From assembly GCA_012862495.1 (NCBI GenBank), contig BLSG01000431.1, forward strand, positions 53,792 to 96,687: DNA of 42,896 nucleotides, in the 5' to 3' direction. Position numbers and translations under genes: made by a program. Shown piece after piece: positions 22,201-33,876 of this stretch. Below the pieces are notes generated by a model. That model did not search any database. It was given only the letters and a program-made list of their open reading frames with translations, and was not told where the DNA came from. This DNA is from Thraustochytrium aureum. Lineage: Eukaryota. How positions within the stretch are numbered: position 1 is the stretch's first letter; the number at the start of each line of letters is the position of its first letter.

Positions 22201-25200
22201 GTCGCCTTTGCCGTGTGTAGGTCGCAGCTCGCTGTCGCAAGGCCCTCTAAGACGTCAACCAAGAGGGCGCGTTCCGCGGCGGCGCGCTCTTCGGAGCCAG
22301 CCGAAGCGGGGCCACACTCTGTGTCCAGGAAAGGGACCTCTTCCTGACTGCCCTTGAAGAACGCCTCCAGATTGCTCTCTGTGGGACGTGGATCACCCAA
22401 ATCTGGCAGGCAAGCGAGGTCCCGCGTGTCAAAAAAGTGCGCTGCTCCAGAGAGCAGCAGTTCCACAGCTTTCTCCTTGCTTCGCGCACAGTCCTCAAGC
22501 GCAGTGAGATGTTTGGCAGACTCGGACAACAGGCTCTTCTGCGCGCCAGCCCCAGGTCTTTGGTGCGCGACACCATCGTGGCCGTCTGAATCGTCCACAG
22601 AGCCACCGCTCGGGGAGACCGCGGCCTTGGCAGCCTTGGCAGCCGCAGCCGCAGCCGCAGCGGCTGCTGCGGAGGGCGTTAGGGCCGGGAAAGGCGTCGA
22701 GGCCACGGGCTGGCTCGGGAGTCCACTGGAGGAGTCTGCGCCGCTGGTGTTGACCAGACTCGGGGAGGCGTCCTGGCGACGCCGCTTGGAAAGTGTGCCC
22801 CCGGTGGAGCGTCCTTGTGAGGGCAACTTCCCAAGGCCCACTGGGCCGAGCTGTGCGGACAACCGTGCTGCCGCGTCCTTGGAGGCCGGAGTCTGCCGGG
22901 TCCGTTGCGCCGGCCTGGCAGAACCCTCAGAGTCGTCCAGGTTCGGTATGAAGGTGTCCTCGAGGAACGACTTTGCGTCTAGCACGACGCGGTCGAGGCA
23001 AATCTCTAGCTTGCGGTGGCGCCGCGCAACGCGGTATTGCGAGGTCTCCCATAGCAGCTCGATTACGAGGGCGCGATCGAGACGCCGCTCCGAGGCAGCC
23101 GCGTCCTCCACTGGGACAGGGGGCTCGAGGGCCAGCGCTTGTCTCGCACGCTTGCCGAATTTGCCGAGCAGCCGCAGCGCGCCCGTGCCACAAGGCTGTG
23201 GGGAGGGCTTGAGCAGGCGCGCAAGCGCGAGCGCAAAATTCGAGTTGCCCTGGTTCGAAGCGAGGTTGCCGTCCAGGAAAAAGCTATCGAAAGCGGCAGC
23301 TCCGAGGTTGTCCACCCAAGATTCGAGGATGCGAAGCGCGAGGCGCACCAAGTCAGTGTTCCGGTGCTCGTTCGCACCGAGCGCGACCTCGAAGGCAGAC
23401 TGCAGAAGCGGGACGAACTTGCTGAGCTCGACCCTGGGTATTCTCACGGCCAAGAGGAGCATGACCTCCGCAGCCAGGTCTCGGCGCGCCTCCCGTGACG
23501 GGCGGAACGCGCCTCCCGCGTGAGCGAGGATCTGAGACAAGGCGCGCAAAGCCGGGACCATGAGCTGGGCGAGCTTGGCCTTGCACATCTCCTGGAGAAT
23601 CGGCCGCCGCGCCATGACTCGGAGGAGGTTGCGGAGGGTCATGAGGTAGCAGTCGCGCCCCATGGCTGAAAAGCCGACGCTGAGCCCGAACGACTCGCTT
23701 GCGGCGATGAGGTCTGACCGGTTAAGGAGCAGCGTCGCCTCCTCCTCGCCGCGCTGCGCGCAAAACTCGGCAATCAAACCGTTGCTCACAGAGCGCCGCA
23801 ACGAGGCGAGCGGAGCGGAGGTCATGCCAGGGGCGAGGATCAGACAGAGCACAACGAGCTTTTCGAGCGCTCCTGGATCGCGCTAGCGATGACCCAGCCA
23901 GGCGAGAGACCACTTTGGAGCCGGGGGACCTGGCTGCCCTGGGAAGCGCTCGCCTTGGAAGATGAATAGTTCATCTCGCTCGGCGCTGGCCCTGCGACGG
24001 CCTCATCGGTGTAGTTCTCAACACAGGTGAACGCCGCTTCGACAAGCTGCGAAAGCACGCCTGCGTGGTTCTCCTCGGCGCGGCTCTGGCCAAAGATAAT
24101 CTTGTCGTAGAACGAAGCCCCTGCCTGAGCGCCAGGCGCGAGCGCCGAAGCGCGCGCGAGAGCCTCTTGCTCTGCCGCGCGGCGCCGATCGTCTGGGCGC
24201 GGCTGGTCAGGGCACCTGACGCAGTTGTCAGGAAGGGCGACGCCGAGGCCTTCGCGGGTCGCCGCTGCGTCAGGGCCGCCGATTGGGACTCCGTTGAACT
24301 CTATGCTTTTGTGTGGAAGTCCAGAGGCNNNNNNNNNNNNNNNNNNNNNNNNNNNNNNNNNNNNNNNNNNNNNNNNNNNNNNNNNNNNNNNNNNNNNNNN
24401 NNNNNNNNNNNNNNNNNNNNNNNNNNNNNNNNNNNNNNNNNNNNNNNNNNNNNNNNNNNNNNNNNNNNNNNNNNNNNNNNNNNNNNNNNNNNNNNNNNNN
24501 NNNNNNNNNNNNNNNNNNNNNNNNNNNNNNNNNNNNNNNNNNNNNNNNNNNNNNNNNNNNNNNNNNNNNNNNNNNNNNNNNNNNNNNNNNNNNNNNNNNN
24601 NNNNNNNNNNNNNNNNNNNNNNNNNNNNNNNNNNNNNNNNNNNNNNNNNNNNNNNNNNNNNNNNNNNNNNNNNNNNNNNNNNNNNNNNNNNNNNNNNNNN
24701 NNNNNNNNNNNNNNNNNNNNNNNNNNNNNNNNNNNNNNNNNNNNNNACGCTGCGGATTGGCCAGCGCCTTTTTCACATCTCGGTCGAAGCGCTTTGGGCC
24801 ATAGTTGCACACGCACCACAGCACTGTCTTGAGGGTGTGCATCATCATGCTGAGCAAGGCCTTGACTTCTTTGATGCCGTCCGAGTCTACCACAATGGCC
24901 GGCTCCTTGCCGATGCTGAGTAGGCCTTGTAGCTCACGCCTCACCGACTCTGAGGGCGCAGAGGCGGCCCCACTGGCGTGGCTGAGCGAAGCCGTCGACG
25001 CGCCTGGCTCGATGGGGCCAGCGCCGTCGTGGGTGTCGACCCCGTCGGCACCGCTAGCTTCAGAGCTTGACAGTATTAGGTCCTCCGTCGCATTTGTCGC
25101 CCGAGCGGCCCGTTCGTCGGGCTTGAGGCCCACGTGCACATTTACGACGACCACTTTGCGGTCTTCGACGCCTGAATCAGCTGCATGGGCAGGGGCAGCA

Positions 25201-27005
25201 CCGTCTGCACGGTGTTGCGCAGCCGGCGCTGGCTGCCCGGCAGTCGCTTGGTCGGTTCCACTGCCTGGCTCAGGCGCTGCCACACGGGCGGCAGGCTCCT
25301 GTTCCTCCACTGTGGGTACCTTTGGCGGCGTCGCGGCTCGTCTGGGGACGCTGTCCATGTTGATATCCTCGTCGACGTTGGGCGCAGCCGAGTCCATGCC
25401 TGGGCTCGAAGGCGGCACCGCGGTGGCGGGTCGTGGAGATCCTACGCGAGTTGACGCGGGTGGGCTCTGCGCAGCTGCAGCCACGTTGTGCATATGCGTA
25501 TAATAGTACGAGTCCATCGGGCGGACGCTCGTTCCGGAGGCGGCAACGCGCTGGCGTTTTTGACGCCGCCTCCGAGCCTCGACAACGACGTCCGGGATGT
25601 AAGCGCGCAACGTGCCGAACTTTGTGACCAGCGCGTGCAGAATGAGTACGAGGAGCGGGCGGCCCGCATGACCGGTGAGGTCCTGGTTGAAGATGCTCTC
25701 GACCAGGTTGAGCAAGAGCCTGACCGAGTTGGTTTGCGTGGTCAGCGGCAGGTTGGGGTCGTGGATATTTCGCGTAAAGATGTAGACGACGCGTGCGAGC
25801 TGTTTGATCGACAGGATGCTGCGTACGTGGTTGATGAGGTCTGCCAGCGTCAAGTAGGCGAGTGGGAGCACAGCCTGGTCCATCGCTGGAACAAGCGGCT
25901 GGGCGGCCGCCGGCCGCTGCGCAGACCCCGGGGGCGCAGCTGGAGCCGGTGGGATCCAGTGCGCCCCACCGAGCAGGACCGACTCGTCCAAGAAAGCGTC
26001 AACCTGACTGTAAAACCCCTTGCGAAAGTCCGTGGCCAGGATGTGGCGCGTTGCGATGAGAAGGTCCTTCCTGATCGAGACAGCTTCCGGGAGGCAGCCT
26101 TTGAGGAGCGAGACGACACTGTTGGCCACGTCGTTGGTGTACCTTTTCATATTTTCCGCGTAGGGCGCTGAGCGGATCAGGTATGTCAGGAACGAGAGCG
26201 TTTTGACCTGGCAGGCGAGCAGGTGGCCGTAGCGCTCGCGAAGCTTTTGTGCTGCGCCCGCCTGCGCCTCGGCCTGGTTGAGAAAATCGGCAGGCAGGTC
26301 TGGACAGACCTTGATGCCGACCACCATCAGCGGCACGAGTGTCGGGATGTTCTGCGGCACGAACGAGCGGTGCAGCTGGAACAAAAGCATGACGATGAGC
26401 GGACACTCTGTAATTACGCGGAACGAGGCCTTGCTGGGCGGAATCCCTGTGGGCGAGACCGCCGCGCGCGGCGGAACGCCCGCGGCAGCACCTTCCGCAC
26501 CGGAAGCGGGGCCAGGCGCGGGGCGGAAAACGTCGCTAATGGTCGGCGGGAGATTGGCATACGCCTGGCGCACAAAGTCGAAGAAGGGCTGCAATTGCAC
26601 CTTGTCTAGCGCGGGCCGATAGGTCTTGTGTAGGTCAAAGATGATGCCCAGGCACAAGAGCGCATTCTCCTCGTTGTCTCGGTCCAGAACCTCGGTGGCC
26701 AGGTTTAAAAAGTAGGGCACGAAGGGTCGCAGTGTCTCATTCTGTGGAAGCCTGTGCAGCACGTCAAGGACGACGTGGCGGACTTGCTGTTTTGGGCCGT
26801 CCTCAAACTGAGGAGGGATCAGGTCCAAGACCCGCTTCAGCCTCGGGTAGAAGGTCTGCAGGAAGGGCTTGTAGTGCGCAGAGTGCGCCGTTTCCAAGCC
26901 GCGATCCCGGAGATCCTTGCACGCTTGCAAGCAGGCGAGTATCGACTCTGGCCTTGCCGGGTCCACCTCGAGGCGCCCAGCGAGGATCTGGTACGTCTGC
27001 TCCAT
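10265..27005 (-). CDS. TRRAP: Transformation/transcription domain-associated protein (PIKK-family pseudokinase, SAGA/NuA4 subunit); gaps and at least 4 frameshifts
   Basis: N-terminal Tra1 HEAT motifs (LHRLPQNETLRPFV, DNEENALLCLGIIFDLHKTYR, SFRVITECPLIVMLLFQ, CQVKTLSFLTYL, IRKDLLIATRHILATDFR); middle RKELIKFAWNHLK; FAT region WVWIPWVLQL and YPNALYYTLR; PIKK-like domain VPFRLTANL; FATC end DNIALMDATWIPWF*. ATG at 27005. Frame switches near 23880, 21935, 21650 and 16960. Confidence 0.95.
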
Positions 27006-27507
27006 CCGCCGTTTGATACCCAGCTCCGCCAGAGCCCCAGTCCGACCGACCTGCTCTCGTTTATCCCGCCTCGCACTGCCACGCCAAACCGNNNNNNNNN
27101 NNNNNNNNNNNNNNNNNNNNNNNNNNNNNNNNNNNNNNNNNNNNNNNNNNNNNNNNNNNNNNNNNNNNNNNNNNNNNNNNNNNNNNNNNNNNNNNNNNNN
27201 NNNNNNNNNNNNNNNNNNNNNNNNNNNNNNNNNNNNNNNNNNNNNNNNNNNNNNNNNNNNNNNNNNNNNNNNNNNNNNNNNNNNNNNNNNNNNNNNNNNN
27301 NNNNNNNNNNNNNNNNNNNNNNNNNNNNNNNNNNNNNNNNNNNNNNNNNNNNNNNNNNNNNNNNNNNNNNNNNNNNNNNNNNNNNNNNNNNNNNNNNNNN
27401 NNNNNNNNNNNNNNNNNNNNNNNNNNNNNNNNNNNNNNNNNNNNNNNNNNNNNNNNNNNNNNNNNNNNNNNNNNNNNNNNNNNNNNNNNNNNNNNNNNNN
27501 NNNGACG

Positions 27508-27508
<1 letters not shown>

Positions 27509-27547
<39 letters not shown>
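27509..27547. repeat. (CAG)13 microsatellite between TRRAP and the 5'-nucleotidase
   Basis: Perfect run read directly, beside a gap. Confidence 0.95.
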
Positions 27548-27548
<1 letters not shown>

Positions 27549-27786
27549 TGTAATAATAGCAGTCCCGGCACCAGCACCAGCACAACCGTCTCCGCCACCG
27601 CGGCCGACCTTGACCTCCACCAGCTAGCTGCTCAGCAACGCTTGGAGCACGAGCACCGGGGCCCGTACCTTGGTGCAGTTGGCTTCGCTGACGGTGCACG
27701 GTTCGGTCGAAGGCGAGGTCGGCCGCGAGCGCGCAGGTCGCCAGGGCAGCTCGAGTCGTTGGCTTGCTAGCGGTGCGCAGGCGCTG

Positions 27787-29352
27787 ATGACGCAGCAAAG
27801 CGCGGAAGAGACGCGAAAGGTGCGGCTGGTCTGCTTGAACGACGTGTACACGTTCGAAAGCGGCGACGTGGGCCATGGCGGGTTTGCGGCAGCAGCCACG
27901 GCCGTGCGAAGGGTCAGAGAATCGAGCGCCGAGGACGGGTACGACGTCGTCGTGCTGCTAGCCGGCGACTTTATTGGCGGCAGCAGTCTCGCAGAGTTTA
28001 GCCGCGGCGCGGCCGCAATCGACGTGGTCAACCTGGTCGGCATCGACGCTGTCGTAATTGGCAACCACGAGTTCGACTTTGGGTGGAAGCGGCTCGAGGA
28101 GCTTGTGGCGCGTTCCAAGGTCGATGTTTGGCTGGGAGGCAATGTGCTGCGCAGCGACACCGGCGGTCTGCTGAACGGAGTAAAGGCCCACACGAACCTG
28201 GAGACGGCATCGGGCGTTCGCGTCGGGATCCTCGGCGTCTGTACACAGGCCACTCCGTCGCTCTCGCACCCTGGGGCCGGGGTAGAGTTCACCGACGTCG
28301 TGGCTTGCGCGAGGGAGTCGGCGCGCCAATTGCGGTCGGCTGGGGTCGACATCGTGGTGGCCCTCACGCACCTGACAGCCGTGCAGGACAAGGCGGTGCT
28401 CGGCGCTGTGCCTGAGATTGACGTCATTGTGGGAGGGCACGACCACGACCCGCTCGCGGCCATGGTCCACGACCGCCTTCTGTTCAAATGCGGTCAGAAT
28501 GCGTACTGGGTGGGGACAGTAGATATTGACCTGGCACGGAACTCGAATCCGCGCGGAGCGGCGTTAGCGCCGGCCGCCGTGTCATGGGGTCTGCAGAGCA
28601 CTGCCGGGGTCGCAGATGACGAGGCTTGCGTCGACATCGTGAAGAGGTACCGAGCTGACAAGGACAAGGGGGAGCGGGAGGCTGCAGACGGCGATTTGGA
28701 CGAGGTGGTCTGCGAGCTGCAAACCGAGCTCGACACGCGGTCGGCCGTGGTGCGGCGGCGCGAGTCGAGCGGCGGCACCCTGATCGCGGACGCGCTGCTG
28801 TACTTTTATACAAGCCGCGGCGTGCGGGCGGACCTCGCACTGATCAACGGGGGCTTTATGCGCGGCGACAAGCTGTATCCGAGTGGGACGAAGCTGACGC
28901 GGCGCGACGTGCTGGACGAGCTCCCGTTTCCGCGCGTCTCAACGTGCATCGAAATTCGCGGCGAGCACCTCGTAGAGGCGGTCGAGCAGGAGCTCCGTTT
29001 TTCGCCGGAACCGGCTGGCGCGTTTCCGCACTTCTCCGAATCTGTTGCCATTGAGTTTGACGTCGCGCGGCCGCCATTGTCGCGCATAGTTTCTTTCAAG
29101 GTGGGGGGCGAGCCCGTGGACAAAGACCGGTTGTACCGGCTGTGTCTGACAGAGTTTATTGCAGCTGGCGGGGACGGGTGCTCCTCGTTTGCGTTCGGTC
29201 GCGCGGTTGGCGGCGACCTCGCGCCGCCGCTGCGGATTGCACAGGTCTTGCTAGACTATTTTGCAACGCACCGCAGCGTTGCGCCTCAGGCGCCCGGCCG
29301 CCTCGTTCAGGTGGGCGATGCTGGCAACGCCACGGACTCCAAGCTGGACTAG
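27787..29352 (+). CDS. 5'-nucleotidase/apyrase family (calcineurin-like metallophosphoesterase plus 5'-nucleotidase C-terminal domain)
   Basis: Metal-binding motifs NDVY, AGDF, GNHEFDFG, LTH and GGHDH. C-terminal domain motifs VRRRES..GTLIADAL, INGGFMRGD, ELPF, GAFPH and FIAAGGDG. First ATG at 27787. Confidence 0.93.
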   Translation: MTQQSAEETRKVRLVCLNDVYTFESGDVGHGGFAAAATAVRRVRESSAEDGYDVVVLLAGDFIGGSSLAEFSRGAAAIDVVNLVGIDAVVIGNHEFDFGWKRLEELVARSKVDVWLGGNVLRSDTGGLLNGVKAHTNLETASGVRVGILGVCTQATPSLSHPGAGVEFTDVVACARESARQLRSAGVDIVVALTHLTAVQDKAVLGAVPEIDVIVGGHDHDPLAAMVHDRLLFKCGQNAYWVGTVDIDLARNSNPRGAALAPAAVSWGLQSTAGVADDEACVDIVKRYRADKDKGEREAADGDLDEVVCELQTELDTRSAVVRRRESSGGTLIADALLYFYTSRGVRADLALINGGFMRGDKLYPSGTKLTRRDVLDELPFPRVSTCIEIRGEHLVEAVEQELRFSPEPAGAFPHFSESVAIEFDVARPPLSRIVSFKVGGEPVDKDRLYRLCLTEFIAAGGDGCSSFAFGRAVGGDLAPPLRIAQVLLDYFATHRSVAPQAPGRLVQVGDAGNATDSKLD

Positions 29353-29562
29353 GGACCAGGACTTGTGACCCCATGCGTTGCGCGACGGCGATGCGCGTTG
29401 CGCTTTGCGCGTTGCGTTCCCAAGCTGGTGCGGCGTGCTGAGCGTGCGAGCGCCGCTTTGAGAAATAAAGAAAACGAGGGTAGATTTGGGAAGAGAAACA
29501 CAGACTTGCAAGCAACGATACGTAGATTGGCCCCAGCAAGCAGGGCGGCCGGGTGCTCCAAA

Positions 29563-31640
29563 TCAGAGCATCTCGGCAAGGCAAACCACCAGGAGAAACA
29601 AAAAGTACAAGACCAACATGGCCCAAGCAGACATCTTGGTGAGCTTCCAATCCTGCCAGATCACGATGGCAACGAGGCAGACCATCATGGCGATGATCAC
29701 TGAGAGGCTTACCCCAATGGCCCCCACAGGAACTGAGATGGCCTCCTTGGAGACGAAGTACTTTAGCAGCCAGGGCACGGGAAGGCCGACAAGGATGTCG
29801 AAGATGTTGGAGCCAATGCTGCTGGACACGGCCATGTCGCCGTAGCCGAGCTGTGCGACAAAGACGGAGCTGAGAAGGTCGGGAGTGCTTGTGCCCGCCG
29901 CCAGGATGGTAAAGCCGAGAATTACATCCGGGATGCCCATCGTAGCGCCAAGGGACTCTGCTGCATAGACCATCGTCCAAGTAAAGAAGGCGATCCAGGC
30001 CAGGGACATAAAGAAGGCGTAGACCCCAGCGACTCGCGCCTTGACGCCCTGCATGGCGCTGAGTTTGTCGTAGTTGAAATAGATCGTGAACCTGGTGGCC
30101 ACGATAGGGAGCACGAGCGCGTACGTCACCGCAATGGCGACGCGGTACAGTTTGTTGTCTGCCATAGCCTCATCGCCCTTCCAGGACATGGGCCGCATGC
30201 GCGGCTCAACAACCTCGTTCGGGTCCTCAACCTCGTCGACGACCACAAGGGCGCGCCGGCCCATAGCATTGAACGAGATGCGCTTCGGGTCAATGCCTTC
30301 GGGCCACGCGACACTTGCGCGTTTCTTGAGCGACTCGCGCAAGTTGTGATGCTGCTCGTCCTCGTCCGGGAGCGCCGAGTCGACGCCCTCGCCGAGCTCC
30401 GTGGCGTCAAGGCTTGGAGCCGCCGCTGCAACCGCCGTGCTGCCTTCGACTTTGGCGGTCCCTGCGTCCGCAGCCTCGGTCTCTGCGGCGCGCTGTGCTG
30501 TGGGCACGAGGAAGGGCAAATAGCGAACGACCAAGGTCTTGATGCGTTCCTGGAAAGCCATGAGAGTGCAGTAGGCGACGTACATCATGAACAAGACCAG
30601 GCTCTCAAACCACATAACTGCCCCGCCCGTCGTCGAGCAAGAGCTCGAGAGCGGCGTCACGCAATAGTAGAAAGCCGCGAGGACGATGAGGCCTGACACG
30701 TACACGGTGCTGTCCCGGAGCAGGGGCCACCAGGTGAGGGGAAGCGGCTTGAACTCCCAGGGCTCTTTGATGGTTTCACCGGTGCGGCGCTTGTGGTCGC
30801 GCCGGCGCACAACCTCTTCGCGCGGCCGGGGAAAAAGGCCGACATCGAAATCACAAACAGGATATTGAACACGGCGCTCCCGACGATCGTACCACGCGAC
30901 AGTCGCGCGGNNNNNNNNNNNNNNNNNNNNNNNNNNNNNNNNNNNNNNNNNNNNNNNNNNNNNNNNNNNNNNNNNNNNNNNNNNNNNNNNNNNNNNNNNN
31001 NNNNNNNNNNNNNNNNNNNNNNNNNNNNNNNNNNNNNNNNNNNNNNNNNNNNNNNNNNNNNNNNNNNNNNNNNNNNNNNNNNNNNNNNNNNNNNNNNNNN
31101 NNNNNNNNNNNNNNNNNNNNNNNNNNNGACAGTCGCGCGGAAAGGCCATCGGTTAGACGCGGTGCCGCGGCAGGGAGCAAAGCAGCGGCGTCGACAACTC
31201 ATTCAACAAAGCAAAGCAAACGTACAATCCGGTCCCTGTAGACTCGAACGTGGAGATCAAGTTGGTGAAAAACTCTGGCGCAGAGCCGCCAGCCGCCATG
31301 AACGTCGCACCAGCGACGTCTTCGCTGATGCCGAGCTCCTGCACGATGTAGTCCAAGACGGTGACGAACCCCTCGTCGACAAGCACGGCCAGGGCCCAGA
31401 AGCTGTAGAACATGAGTAGGGTCGCCAGGGCGATGGAGGCGTTGCTGCCAACGCAAAACTGGATTCCCTTGGTCTGGAACTTTCCGTCGCGCACCGGCCA
31501 GAGGCTCTCGGCGCACTCGTTCAGGCCCTGGAGGTCCCTCGCCGATGTTTCGTCACCCCCCCATCAGCCCCGCGCACAGCTGACAGCAAGAGCAATCCAG
31601 CGGCGCACCCAGCAACTGCCATGCCAGTCTTCACCATCAT
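29563..31640 (-). CDS. K-dependent Na+/Ca2+ exchanger (NCKX/SLC24 family); intron spanning the gap, 2 frameshifts
   Basis: Alpha-1 repeat DVAGATFMAAGGSAPEFFT...GTIVGSAVFNILFVI and alpha-2 repeat GFTILAAGTSTPDLLSSVFVAQLGYGDMAVSSSIGSNIFDILVGLPVPW. Signal-like N-terminus MMVKTGMAVAGCAAGLLLLSAVRGA from 31640. Frame switches in a G-run ~31560 and a T/C-run ~30830. The start is uncertain. Confidence 0.9.
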
Positions 31641-32700
31641 CAGGGCCGTGCTCGACCCGGCCTTGTCGCCGGCGGGGTCGCTTCTCCGCATCGCGCGGAC
31701 CATTTTTGGGGTCAGCATCTCGACCGAGCACGCGTGGCGGCCAATCGCTCCAAGGTGATTTTGGCGGCGTGCTGATGCTCGATCAAGGTCTGCAGCGAGG
31801 TAGTCCGTCGAGCCGCATTTCATCGACTCGGCGACGGCGCAGGAGGTGGGTAGGTAGGAGAGTGCTGAGAGCAAGTACGGTACCGGCACGACCTCCACCG
31901 CGGCGCACTGTTGCTGCTCGCAGAAGTATGTCCAGCACGGCGAGGAAGTACGGGTTGAGAGTGAGTTGATTTCACTTCCGGGACAGCAACCTGGGACGGA
32001 GAGCTCAAGAGTACCGTCTTGCTCACGGTAACGCGTGAGGACGTCGGGGACAACAAAGTTCAAGGTGAAGCCAATCTCCTCGGTGAAGCCAAGCCGGCTT
32101 CTTCCAAACAGCACGATGGACTATGTTATGGTGTCAAGAGACTTCTGGCTTTTCCCTGGGCGCATTCACTCGAGGGCCGAGCGGGCCCAAGTTGTCCTTC
32201 GATGCAAGCGGCGACACAGCGACAACAGCAGCCAAGTGAACCAACATCCATCCAAGGACATCCTACATCCCCGAGCCCGGCGCCATACGCCAAAGTGGGG
32301 CAAAACGTGGCGGGTACACACCGTTGACACGCTTGTTCGCTCGACTTATCCACTCGCCAGCGCGGCCATCCGAGAACTGGAGGCGGGCTCGGACTGGAAA
32401 GTGTGCGGACTGGCTTGTGGCACGCGGCATCGTCATGATCAAGCCCTTCGGCACGTGGCGGACCCTCTCATCATGAGGTGCAGTTCGTGAACCTTGCGCC
32501 AAGCTTGCGCGTTGAAAAAAATCACACCGCGGGCGGTCGGGCCAGGTCGCGACGCGAGTCCAGCTAGTAGTTGTGATCCGATGATCCCGATCCGCTTGAC
32601 AGCCCTCCTCCACAAATCAAACCGATCGAGCGACGAGCACGCTGTTGCAATGAAGGCTGTCACATCGTCGTTCGAAGCGAACCGGCTCGTCCCTGGGCCA

Positions 32701-33552
32701 TCACGCGACTTGCTCCAACTTGCGCGACTTGATCCAGGGCTCGCCCGGGTACCCGACGGGGCCTGGCGGTATGTAACGCCCTCGACGACCTTGTTGGTCG
32801 GGATGTGCGTGTGGCCAAAGACGTGCAGCGTCGACCCCAGCGATCGAAGCTGCGCGTCAAGGCCCTCGCAACAAGAAACCAAGTGAAGCTCGTCCCAGGC
32901 CAACTTGGCAGGGTTGAGGTCCGTCCGTGGCAGGAAGTGCGAGACGGTGATCACCTTGCGCGGCGGCGACAGCGCGACCAGCTCGCGGCATGTCGCAATC
33001 GCGTCGTCGTTGCGCGCAAGCATCCAGCGGCTCACGGACGCTGCTCGTCCCAGGTGCGCTGCGCCGTCAAACGACTGGCCTGGCACCGCCGCGCCCGCGC
33101 CGCAGACCTCTGCTGGCCAGAGACACCGGTAAAAGTCCTGCCAGGCAGCCAGCTTGCTGAGGTCAAACTCGCCGAGGCCGCGGCCCCGCCGGCGCGTGGT
33201 ACCAGGACTGGAGCGGGACCACGAGCATGTCGTCGATGCGCGCGAAGGACGTGCGCGCCCCGGCTTGCGCGGCTACAGCGAGCACGGCGGCGTGCTTTGC
33301 GATAGAATCCGGGCACTCTTGCCCAACCCAAAGGTCGTGGTTTCCCGGGACGAAAAACACGGCGTGAAACCTCGCGCACAGCTCCTTGAGCGTCTCGCGC
33401 AGCACCTCGATCTTGTCCGAGACATCGCCGGCCAGTACCAGCACATCGCGCTGGTACCGCGACTTGTGCAGCGCCCTGACCCAGGCGAGGTTGTCCGCAA
33501 AGTCCGTGTGGACGTCGCTCAGCGCGAAGACCCGCCTCGCCGCGTGCTCCAT
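32701..33552 (-). CDS. Calcineurin-like metallophosphoesterase, PptH (ACP phosphodiesterase)-like; 2 frameshifts
   Basis: Motifs FALSDVHTD, VLAGDVSD, FFVPGNHDLW, SWYH, WQDFYRCLWP, ITVSHFLPR and HVFGHTH. Correcting a C-run near 32758 gives QAPVGYPGE...EQVA* ending at 32701. The other shift is near 33185. An alternative upstream ATG lies near 33657. Confidence 0.85.
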
Positions 33553-33751
33553 CGCCGAATGCGGCGCCCGCCACCCTCCCCAGCGCCTCTGGCCTCGCAC
33601 GTCCGCGTCGGCCTGAGACGGCGTGCCTGCGCGAACGAGGACCGGATTGCTTTGCATGACGGCGAGGAACAGACCCCGATCCTCGCCAAGAAAGACCCAA
33701 CCTCCCGCCCGCTTGCTCCGCGGGCCGCCCCGCGCGCAGGACCCTTGCGGG

Positions 33752-33791
33752 AGAGCAGAGCAGAGCAGAGCAGAGCAGAGCAGAGCAGAGC
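33752..33791. repeat. (AGAGC)8 microsatellite in a divergent intergenic region
   Basis: Perfect pentanucleotide run read directly. Confidence 0.95.
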
Positions 33792-33876
33792 GCGGCGGCG
33801 CGAGCGAGGCGGGCGCGGTCCGGGGCCCGGCCAGCGCGCAGGAGGTGCTGACGCTCGAGCCACGCCTGGTTGGTTG

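Noticed and set aside
27006..27620. N-terminal poly-Ala extension of TRRAP shown in the ORF track
   Set aside because: It starts at a non-ATG codon, crosses a gap and translates a microsatellite. TRRAP-like sequence begins after ATG 27005.
32439..32700. C-terminal extension of the phosphoesterase in ORF 32439-33086
   Set aside because: The family-typical ending (PVGYPGE) is in another frame and stops at 32701, so the extension is read-through caused by the frameshift.
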